In this document: positions 56,196 through 64,000 of the stretch, piece after piece
How the letters are laid out: the number at the start of each line of letters is the position of its first letter
Numbering within the stretch: the stretch's first letter is position 1
Origin: an uncultured delta proteobacterium
GTDB lineage: Bacteria; Desulfobacterota; Binatia; Binatales; Binataceae
DNA: 64,000 nt
Assembly: GCA_963794325.1 (NCBI GenBank)
Contig: CAWCDG010000004.1
Span: forward strand, 480,001 to 544,000
Direction of reading: 5' to 3'
Notes under the pieces: generated by a model
Seen by the model: only the letters and a program-made list of their open reading frames with translations
Told to the model about the DNA's origin: nothing
Databases searched by the model: none
Program-made: the position numbers and the translations under genes

Positions 56196-57472
56196 TGGCG
56201 GAGCCGGGCGTCACATCGCTAAATCCGATTCGCGACGTCTGCGATTACGACCTGCTGTTCGATTGCGTTCATTGCGGACTTTGCGCTGAGGCTTGTCCGA
56301 CCTACATTGTATCTCGATGCGAGATGGACTCGCCGCGCGGCCGAATCTATCTGATGAAGTCGATTGCCGAAGGCCGCATCGAGCTCGACGACGACGCCGC
56401 GCGCCATCTCGATTTGTGCCTCGGATGTCGCGGATGCGAGACCGCCTGTCCGTCCGGCGTTCACTACGGCCGCCTGATTGAAGGCGCGCGTTCGTTCGTC
56501 GAGCGCAACCACCGCCGAGGCTTCATCGATCGATTCAAGCGGCGAGCCGTAAGCGAGATTTTCCCATACCCGAATCGCCTCCAGATACTGCTGGCTCCGC
56601 TGAGAATCGTTGACCGTCTGGGCTTGAGGCCCGCTCTGAGAGCCATCGTGCCGCGCACGGTCCGCGATTGGCTCGATCTCCTACCGCCGCTGGAAGCGAA
56701 CCCGCGCCCGCTCGCGAGGGCAGCAACCGTCGCGCCGCAGGCAGACGCACCCGCGGTCGTCGTGCATCACGGATGCGTCGCGCAAGTACTCGCGAATTCG
56801 GAAAACCTGAACAGCGAGCGCCTGCTCGCCGCTGCTGGTTATCGTGTCGTCCGACTCGAAGCGACCACATGCTGCGGAGCGCTCGATCTGCATTCGGGAA
56901 ACGCGATCCGTGCTCGCGATTTCGCCCGCGCCAACGTTCGCGCGCTGAAGAACTCCGGCGCCGACGCAATCGTTTCAGCCGCGTCGGGATGCTCAGTGGC
57001 AATCGCCGAATACGGCGACCTGCTCAGAGACGAACCGGAGTTCGCCGAGGACGCGCGCGCAGTTTCCTCGAGAGTTCGCGACCTGAGTTCCTTGCTGCTC
57101 GACGCGACCGCAAATCCGTGGCGTGAAAATCGGTGCCGCGTCACTTATCACGACGCATGTCATCTCGCGCATGGGCTCGGCGTGCGCGACGCACCGCGCA
57201 AACTGCTCGCTTCAATTCCCGGCGTGACGATCGTCGAGATGAGCGAGTCCGATCTCTGCTGCGGCTCGGCTGGGTCCTACAATTTGACCGAGCCCGCGAT
57301 GGCGCGTGAGTTGGCTCGGCGCAAAGCCGACAACATCGTCGCGACCGGCGCGGATTATGTCGTGCTGGCAAATCCGGGATGCGAGTTTCAAATTGCCGCC
57401 GAACTTCGCCGTCGCGGTTCGAAAATCAAGGTCGTCCATCTCGCCGATTTCCTGGCGATGGCGTCACAGTGA
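56195..57472 (+). CDS. glcF: Glycolate oxidase iron-sulfur subunit F
   Basis: CVHCGLCAEACPT, DSPRGRI, CLGCRGCETACPSGV, CCG domains. Confidence 0.92.
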   Translation: MAEPGVTSLNPIRDVCDYDLLFDCVHCGLCAEACPTYIVSRCEMDSPRGRIYLMKSIAEGRIELDDDAARHLDLCLGCRGCETACPSGVHYGRLIEGARSFVERNHRRGFIDRFKRRAVSEIFPYPNRLQILLAPLRIVDRLGLRPALRAIVPRTVRDWLDLLPPLEANPRPLARAATVAPQADAPAVVVHHGCVAQVLANSENLNSERLLAAAGYRVVRLEATTCCGALDLHSGNAIRARDFARANVRALKNSGADAIVSAASGCSVAIAEYGDLLRDEPEFAEDARAVSSRVRDLSSLLLDATANPWRENRCRVTYHDACHLAHGLGVRDAPRKLLASIPGVTIVEMSESDLCCGSAGSYNLTEPAMARELARRKADNIVATGADYVVLANPGCEFQIAAELRRRGSKIKVVHLADFLAMASQ

Positions 57473-58068
57473 CTCTTCACGAAGTCAAACTCTATTTCGC
57501 GTACACGAGTCCCTATTCGTATCTCGCGATGCAGCCTGCGTACGACCTCGAAGAATCTCACAACGTGCGCGTGCGTTTCATGCCGTACGGAGTGAACATT
57601 CGAAAGGTGTACGGCCCGCTGGATCGCGAGGACGCCGACCGCCGTAAGGTTCGCTATCTGTATATCGACGCGCGCCGAATCGCGAAGGAGCGCGGCCTAG
57701 TCATCTACCCGCCAAAAAAGATTTTCAGCGCGCGGCTTGCGTTCTACGGCGGCCTCTACGCCACCAAGCATCGACATTTTCGCGCGTACTCGGATCGCGT
57801 GTTCGACCGCTTCTGGAAACAGGAACTCGATGTTGAGAGTCGCGACGCAATTTCGGCGATCGTCGCTGAAGTCGGGCTCGATCCCGCCGAATTTCTTCGC
57901 TACGCAGACGCTGACGCGCGCGCCGACCTGGATGCATGTTTCGCCGAGGCCGATAGCGACAAGATCTTCGGCGTGCCGACCTTCATCGTGGAGGGCGAGC
58001 CGTTCTGGGGCGAGGACCGAATTGAGTGGGTGATTCGCAAGCTCGACGCGATGGGTCTGCGCCGATGA
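57469..58068 (+). CDS. DSBA / 2-hydroxychromene-2-carboxylate isomerase (kappa-GST) family protein
   Basis: YF..TSPYSYLA, IFGVPTFIV.GEPFWG.DR; GTGA overlap with glcF. Confidence 0.88.
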   Translation: MTLHEVKLYFAYTSPYSYLAMQPAYDLEESHNVRVRFMPYGVNIRKVYGPLDREDADRRKVRYLYIDARRIAKERGLVIYPPKKIFSARLAFYGGLYATKHRHFRAYSDRVFDRFWKQELDVESRDAISAIVAEVGLDPAEFLRYADADARADLDACFAEADSDKIFGVPTFIVEGEPFWGEDRIEWVIRKLDAMGLRR

Positions 58069-58071
58069 AGT

Positions 58072-58680
58072 TCAGCCAAGCGTGATCGGTATATGCCGAG
58101 GCTGCGACCTGACGCGTTCGAGCCACGCGCGAATCGCCGGATAATCAGCCAGATCGAAACCGCCTTCATCGGCGACGTGCGTGTAGGCATATAGCGCGAT
58201 GTCGGCGACGGAGTAGCGCTCGCCGACGAACCACTCGCGCGATTTCAGATGCCCTTCCATGACGCCGAGTGCGTCATATCCGCGCGGACGCATCATCGTA
58301 TCGAGAATGGTGCGGCGAGCATCCGACACATCGGGATGAATCACCAGGTATCGAACGCTCGCGATGTACGGTTCGTGGCTGTACTGTTCGAAAAAGAGCC
58401 ACTGTAGAACCTGCGCGCGCTGGAAACGATCGGCCGGCATGAATGGTGTACCTTCTGCAAAGTACAAGATGATCGCGTTCGACTCGAACAGGAGTCTGCC
58501 GTCATCCAATTCGACGGCTGGAATTCTGCCGTTCGGGAATTTGCGGAGAAACTCCGGCGTGCGTGTCTCGCCCTTGATGATGTCGAGTTCGACCCGCTCG
58601 AATGGAACTCCAAGCTGCGTCAGCAGCAGGCGAACCTTGTAGCCGTTGCCCGACGGCAGATAGTCGTACAGGCGAATCAT
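58072..58680 (-). CDS. Glutathione S-transferase family protein
   Basis: SGNGYKVRLLL, PNGRIP, ESNAI, FFEQYSHEP, SVADIALYAYTH. Confidence 0.93.
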   Translation of the reverse strand: MIRLYDYLPSGNGYKVRLLLTQLGVPFERVELDIIKGETRTPEFLRKFPNGRIPAVELDDGRLLFESNAIILYFAEGTPFMPADRFQRAQVLQWLFFEQYSHEPYIASVRYLVIHPDVSDARRTILDTMMRPRGYDALGVMEGHLKSREWFVGERYSVADIALYAYTHVADEGGFDLADYPAIRAWLERVRSQPRHIPITLG

Positions 58681-58692
58681 CGTCGCGGCAAA

Positions 58693-60138
58693 TCAGAGTT
58701 CGGGACTCGAGGGCAGGAACGTCTCGCCCATCAGGTACGCGTCGACTGCGCGGGCGGCCTCGCGCCCCTCCCATATCGCCCACACTACCAGCGATTGTCC
58801 GCGACGCGTATCGCCGGCGGCGAAAACTCCCGGCACGCTCGACATGTAGTTCTCGCACTGCACATTGCTACGCGGATCGAGCTTGAGGCCGAGCTCGGAG
58901 ATTATGCCGTCGGGCTCGGGGCCGAGAAATCCTAGCGCGAGCAGCACGAGGTCGCACTCGATCTCGAAATCGGTGCTCGGAATTTGCTCCATCACCATGC
59001 GTCCGTTGTCATGCTTCCAGTTGAGCCGCACGCCATGGAGTTTCTTCACGACGCCATTTTCGCCCGAGAACTTGCTGGTGTTGATGCTCCAGTCGCGCTG
59101 CACGCCTTCTTCATGCGAGCTCGAAGTGCGCATGATCATCGGCCAGTCGGGCCACGGCATTTCGGCGGTGCGCTTCTCCGGCGGCATCGGAAGCAACTCG
59201 AACTGATGCACGACGATCGCACCCTGGCGATTCGAGGTGCCCAGGCAATCTGAACCCGTGTCGCCGCCGCCCAGAATGACCACGCGTTTTCCGTTCGCCG
59301 TGATCTCGGACGCCGGATCGAGCGCGTCACCGAAGTTGCGCTTGTTCTGTTGCGGCAGGAAGTCCATCGCGAAATGGATTCCCTTGAGCTCGCGTCCCGG
59401 GATCGGAAGATCGCGCGGCTTGGTCGCGCCCATCGTGAGCACGATCGCGTCGTATTTCGATCGCATCTCGTCGGCGTGGATGTCGATGCCGACGCGGCAG
59501 TTGGTGACAATGTCCAGGCCTTCGGCCCTCATCTGCTCGACGCGGCGGTTGACGATCCACTTTTCCAGCTTGAAATCAGGAATGCCGTACGTGAGCAGGC
59601 CGCCAACGCGATCCGAGCGCTCGTAGAGTGTCACCGAATGTCCGGCGCGCGTGAGTTGCTGAGCGCACGCGAGTCCCGACGGTCCCGAACCCACGACTGC
59701 AACAGACTTTCCTGATTTGCGCGCCGGCGGCAGCGGCACAATCCATTTTTCCGCCCACGCGTGATCGATAATGTTCTTTTCGATCAATTTAATCGTAACG
59801 GGATCGTTGTTGATGTTGAGTACGCAGGCTTCTTCGCACGGCGCGGGGCAAATCCTGCCGGTGAACTCGGGAAAGTTGTTTGTGGCGTGCAGCCGGTCAA
59901 TCGCCTCGCGCCACCTGCCGCGATAAATGAGATCGTTCCAATCCGGAATGATGTTCCCGAGCGGGCAACCCTTGTGGCAGAAGGGGATTCCGCAATCCAT
60001 GCAGCGGGCGCCCTGCGCGCGTAGCTTCTCTTCGGGCATCTTGAGATCGAACTCGCGCCAATCCTTCAGGCGTTCGCCGATCGGACGCCGCGAGGGAGTC
60101 TCGCGTTTGATCTCCATGAAGCCGGTGATCTTGCCCAT
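58693..60138 (-). CDS. gltD: Glutamate synthase small subunit
   Basis: [58 protein letters not shown]. Confidence 0.98.
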   Translation of the reverse strand: MGKITGFMEIKRETPSRRPIGERLKDWREFDLKMPEEKLRAQGARCMDCGIPFCHKGCPLGNIIPDWNDLIYRGRWREAIDRLHATNNFPEFTGRICPAPCEEACVLNINNDPVTIKLIEKNIIDHAWAEKWIVPLPPARKSGKSVAVVGSGPSGLACAQQLTRAGHSVTLYERSDRVGGLLTYGIPDFKLEKWIVNRRVEQMRAEGLDIVTNCRVGIDIHADEMRSKYDAIVLTMGATKPRDLPIPGRELKGIHFAMDFLPQQNKRNFGDALDPASEITANGKRVVILGGGDTGSDCLGTSNRQGAIVVHQFELLPMPPEKRTAEMPWPDWPMIMRTSSSHEEGVQRDWSINTSKFSGENGVVKKLHGVRLNWKHDNGRMVMEQIPSTDFEIECDLVLLALGFLGPEPDGIISELGLKLDPRSNVQCENYMSSVPGVFAAGDTRRGQSLVVWAIWEGREAARAVDAYLMGETFLPSSPEL

Positions 60139-60143
60139 CGAAG

Positions 60144-63100
60144 CTAGACCGCCGCCAGCCGCGCGAGATCGGAATTCATGTTGAGATGCTGCCGTTCGAG
60201 CACCGCTCGATACTCAGTCGGCAATACCTTTACAAACTTCTTCGCATAGTCGTCCCACTTGTCGAGTATCTTTCGTGCGATCGTGCTCTCCGTGTACTGC
60301 TGATGCCGCACGATCAACGAATGCAGTTGCGTCAGCTCGTCGTGATTGCTCACTGCTCCAAGCTCAACCATTCCCGGATTGCATCGCGATGCGAACGAGC
60401 CGTCTTCGTCGAGCACGTACGCGACACCGCCGCTCATGCCAGCCGCGAAGTTGCGGCCGGTCCTGCCGAGCACGACGATCAGCCCGCGCGTCATGTACTC
60501 GCATCCATGATCGCCGACACCCTCGACGACGGCGTGCGCGCCGCTGTTGCGCACGGCGAATCGCTCGCCGGCCACGCCGCGGAAGAATGCTTCGCCGCCG
60601 GTTGCACCGTAGAGCGCGACGTTACCGATGATGATGTTCTCTTCGGCTTTGAAGGTCGCTTCTCTTGGCGGACGCACCGACATAAATCCGCCCGAGAGTC
60701 CCTTGCCGCAGTAGTCGTTCGCGTCGCCTTCAAGATAGAGCGCGACTCCCGGCGCGAGCCACGACCCGAAACTCTGGCCCGCTGAACCCTTGAGATGAAT
60801 TTGAACCGTGTAGGGCGGCAATCCCTCCGCGCCGAATCGCCGCGATACTTCCGCCGACAGCATCGTGCTGACGGTGCGGTTCACGTTGCGAATCGGCAGG
60901 TGAATTTCGACCGGCTCGCGCTGCTCGAGCGCATCTTTCGCCAGCTCGATGATCTGATTGTCGAGCGCCTTGTCGAGGCCATGGTCCTGCAACTCGACGC
61001 AGTGCAGCGGCTCGTCAGGGCCGACATCGGGACGGCGAAGAATGTTGGCGAGATCGACGTTGCGCGCTTTCCAATGCGCGATCGCTTCGTTGGCATCGAG
61101 ACATTCGACGTGGCCAACCATTTCGGCGAGCGTGCGGAAGCCCAACTGCGCCATGTATTCGCGCAATTCGTCCGCGATGAACATCATGAAGTTCACAACG
61201 TGTTCGGGCTTGCCTGCAAACTTCGCGCGCAGTACCGGATCCTGCGTCGCGATGCCGACCGGGCAGGTGTTGAGATGGCAGACGCGCATCATGATGCATC
61301 CCGAAGCGACCAGTGCAGCGCTCGCGAAACCGAATTCCTCGGCGCCGAGCAGCGCGGCAATTGCGACGTCGCGGCCGGTCTTGAGCTGGCCGTCGGTCTC
61401 GACGTGGATGCGTCCGCGCAGACCGTTCATCACGAGAGTCTGCTGCGTCTCGGCGAGTCCGAGCTCCCACGGAATTCCCGCGTGCTTGATCGATTGCAGC
61501 GGCGACGCTCCCGTGCCGCCGTCGTAACCGCTAATCAGCACGACGTCCGCCTTGGCCTTTGCGACTCCCGCCGCGATAGTCCCGACGCCGACCTCGGCGA
61601 CCAGCTTGACGCTGATGCGCGCGCGATTGTTGGAATTTTTTAGATCGTGGATCAGCTGCGCCAGATCTTCGATCGAATAAATGTCGTGATGCGGCGGCGG
61701 TGAGATCAACCCAACGCCGGGCGTCGAGTAGCGAATCTTCGCGATGAAATCATCAACCTTATGACCCGGTAGCTGGCCACCCTCACCCGGCTTGGCGCCC
61801 TGCGCCATCTTGATTTGCAGTTCGTCGGCGTTGACCAGGTAATGACTGGTGACGCCGAAGCGCGCCGATGCGACCTGCTTGATCGCGCTGCGGCGGAAGT
61901 CACCGTTCGCGTCGCGCACGAAGCGCGCAGGATCCTCGCCGCCCTCTCCGGTGTTGCTCTTGCCACCGATCCGGTTCATCGCAATCGCGAGATTTTCGTG
62001 GGCTTCCTTGCCGATCGAGCCGAACGACATCGCCCCGGTTTTGAAGCGTTTGACGATCTCGGTGGCTGGCTCGACTTCCTCGAGCGGCACCGACGGCCGA
62101 TTCGAATTGAACTTGAGCAGCGATCGCAAGGTGGCGAGCGATCGACTCTGCTCGTCAACCGCCTTGGTGTATTCCTTGAACAGCCGGAAATTTCCCGATC
62201 GCACCGAATGCTGCAGGCGCGCGATGGTGTTCGGATTGTACATGTGGAATTCGCCGGCGCGGCGCCACTGGTATTGGCCACCGACATCGAGCGCGCCATC
62301 GAGATTCGCCGCCACCTTGAACGCATAGCTGTGACGCTCCGCAGTCTCGCGCGCGATCGCGTCGAGACCGACGCCGGCGATGCGCGACGGCGTCCAGGTG
62401 AAGTACTTCTCGATCACGTCCTGTGACAGTCCGATCGCTTCGAAAATCTGCGCGCCGCGATAACTCTGCGTGGTCGAGATGCCCATCTTCGACGCGACTT
62501 TCGTGATGCTCTTGCCGACCGCTTTGACAAAGTTGTGGACCGCGGTGTCTTCGTCGATGTCCTTGAGCTGACCGTCGCGAATCATTCCCGCCATCGTCGC
62601 GTATGCGAGGTACGGGTTGACGGCGCCCGCGCCATAGCCGACCAGCAGGCAGAAATGCATCGCCTCGCGCGGCTCGCCTGACTCGACGACGATGCCGGCC
62701 CGGGTACGCGTCCCTTCGCGAATCAGATGATGATGTACGGCGCCGGTCGCGAGCAGCGCAGGAATCGCGGCGTAGTCGGCATTCACCCCGCGATCTGAAA
62801 GCACGATTATCGTGTACCCGGATTCGATCGCGTCGGAAGCGCCTTTACAAAGCGCGTCGAGCGCCGTTCGAAGACCGGCTTCGCCATCCGCGACGCGGTA
62901 CAGCGTCGAAAGCGTGATCGTGCGCAGACCCTCGACGTCGAGCCGTTTGATCCTTTCGAGTTCTTCGTTGGTGAGAATCGGCTGCTTAAGTTGAAGCTGC
63001 CGGCAATGTCGCGGCGATTCCTCGAACAGATTGTCCTCGGCGCCAATCGTCGTCTCGGTCGAGGTCACCAGCTCCTCGCGAATCGGATCGATCGGCGGAT

Positions 63101-64000
63101 TCGTCACCTGCGCGAATAACTGTTTGAAATAGTTGTAGAGCGGCTGCGATTTGTTCGACAGCACGGCGAGCGGAGTGTCGGTGCCCATCGAGCCGACCGG
63201 CTCCTGCGCGTTGGTCGCCATCGGCGCGAGGATCATTTTGAGATCCTCGATCGTGTAGCCGAACGACTGCTGCTGCTTAAGCAGCTCGCCGTCCTCGAAG
63301 CAGTCCACGGCCGGCGCGCCAGCCGCCTCGGGAAGCGAGTCGAGCCTGATGAGGCTATTGTCGATCCATTTGCGATACGGCTGCCGCGCCGCCATCGACT
63401 CCTTAATCTCTTCGTCCTGCACGATTCGGCCGAGCGACGTATCGATAAGAAACATGCGGCCCGGCTGGAGCCGTCCCTTGTGCGCGACGTTCTCGGGCGC
63501 GATGTCGAGAACGCCGGTCTCCGACGCCATCACGACCAGCCCGTCCTTCGTCACCGTGTAGCGCGATGGTCGCAGACCGTTGCGATCGAGCACCGCGCCA
63601 ATCCGAATTCCGTCGGTGAAAGCAATCGACGCCGGACCATCCCACGGCTCCATCATGCACGAATGAAAATGATAGAAGGCGCGCTTGCTGTCGCTCATCT
63701 GCGGGTCGTTCTGCCACGCTTCCGGAATCATCATCATCACCGCGTGCGGCAATGAGCGCCCAGTGCGGACCAGCAGCTCGAGACAGTTGTCGAAGGTGGC
63801 GGAGTCGCTGCCGTTGGGCTCGACGATCGGCAGCAGCTTCTTGATGTCGTCGCCGAACAGCGGCGAGGAAAACAGTTTCTCGCGCGCGACCATCCAGTTG
63901 ATATTGCCGCGCAGCGTGTTGATTTCGCCGTTGTGCGACATGAAGCGGTACGGATGCGCGCGGTCCCAGCTCGGGAACGTGTTGGTCGAGAACCGCTGAT
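60144..64000 (-). CDS. gltB: Glutamate synthase large subunit, 5' end outside the window
   Basis: [54 protein letters not shown]. Confidence 0.99.
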   Translation of the reverse strand, partial: QRFSTNTFPSWDRAHPYRFMSHNGEINTLRGNINWMVAREKLFSSPLFGDDIKKLLPIVEPNGSDSATFDNCLELLVRTGRSLPHAVMMMIPEAWQNDPQMSDSKRAFYHFHSCMMEPWDGPASIAFTDGIRIGAVLDRNGLRPSRYTVTKDGLVVMASETGVLDIAPENVAHKGRLQPGRMFLIDTSLGRIVQDEEIKESMAARQPYRKWIDNSLIRLDSLPEAAGAPAVDCFEDGELLKQQQSFGYTIEDLKMILAPMATNAQEPVGSMGTDTPLAVLSNKSQPLYNYFKQLFAQVTNPPIDPIREELVTSTETTIGAEDNLFEESPRHCRQLQLKQPILTNEELERIKRLDVEGLRTITLSTLYRVADGEAGLRTALDALCKGASDAIESGYTIIVLSDRGVNADYAAIPALLATGAVHHHLIREGTRTRAGIVVESGEPREAMHFCLLVGYGAGAVNPYLAYATMAGMIRDGQLKDIDEDTAVHNFVKAVGKSITKVASKMGISTTQSYRGAQIFEAIGLSQDVIEKYFTWTPSRIAGVGLDAIARETAERHSYAFKVAANLDGALDVGGQYQWRRAGEFHMYNPNTIARLQHSVRSGNFRLFKEYTKAVDEQSRSLATLRSLLKFNSNRPSVPLEEVEPATEIVKRFKTGAMSFGSIGKEAHENLAIAMNRIGGKSNTGEGGEDPARFVRDANGDFRRSAIKQVASARFGVTSHYLVNADELQIKMAQGAKPGEGGQLPGHKVDDFIAKIRYSTPGVGLISPPPHHDIYSIEDLAQLIHDLKNSNNRARISVKLVAEVGVGTIAAGVAKAKADVVLISGYDGGTGASPLQSIKHAGIPWELGLAETQQTLVMNGLRGRIHVETDGQLKTGRDVAIAALLGAEEFGFASAALVASGCIMMRVCHLNTCPVGIATQDPVLRAKFAGKPEHVVNFMMFIADELREYMAQLGFRTLAEMVGHVECLDANEAIAHWKARNVDLANILRRPDVGPDEPLHCVELQDHGLDKALDNQIIELAKDALEQREPVEIHLPIRNVNRTVSTMLSAEVSRRFGAEGLPPYTVQIHLKGSAGQSFGSWLAPGVALYLEGDANDYCGKGLSGGFMSVRPPREATFKAEENIIIGNVALYGATGGEAFFRGVAGERFAVRNSGAHAVVEGVGDHGCEYMTRGLIVVLGRTGRNFAAGMSGGVAYVLDEDGSFASRCNPGMVELGAVSNHDELTQLHSLIVRHQQYTESTIARKILDKWDDYAKKFVKVLPTEYRAVLERQHLNMNSDLARLAAV

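Overview
GC-rich bacterial chromosomal window; gene order and protein style suggest a deltaproteobacteria-like lineage such as Ca. Binatota (inference, not verified). It is mostly housekeeping: leuCD, rluD, rho, rpsB-tsf-pyrH-frr-uppS-cdsA-rseP-tsaB, ilvN-ilvC-psd-pssA, leuA with a Leu-rich leader attenuator, leuB, an asd-like gene, truA, HU, rarA, type II pantothenate kinase, two class III CoA-transferases, lolC/E, selA, a galactose cluster, ribBA-like, dsbD, gyrB/gyrA, glcDEF and gltBD. Accessory content: a FitAB/VapBC-type toxin-antitoxin pair; a REP-associated tyrosine transposase (RAYT) tightly enclosed by 60-bp composite GTAG inverted repeats; directly after it, two paralogous small secreted proteins with conserved ends and a variable core; two further dispersed palindromic repeat families (one overlaps gene starts and stops, one forms a ~205-bp MITE-like unit); an orphan CxxC gene between gyrB and gyrA, whose quinolone-pocket residues are atypical. 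Six apparent 1-nt frameshifts, several in normally essential genes, suggest sequencing or assembly indel errors. No rRNA, tRNA or CRISPR array was seen.
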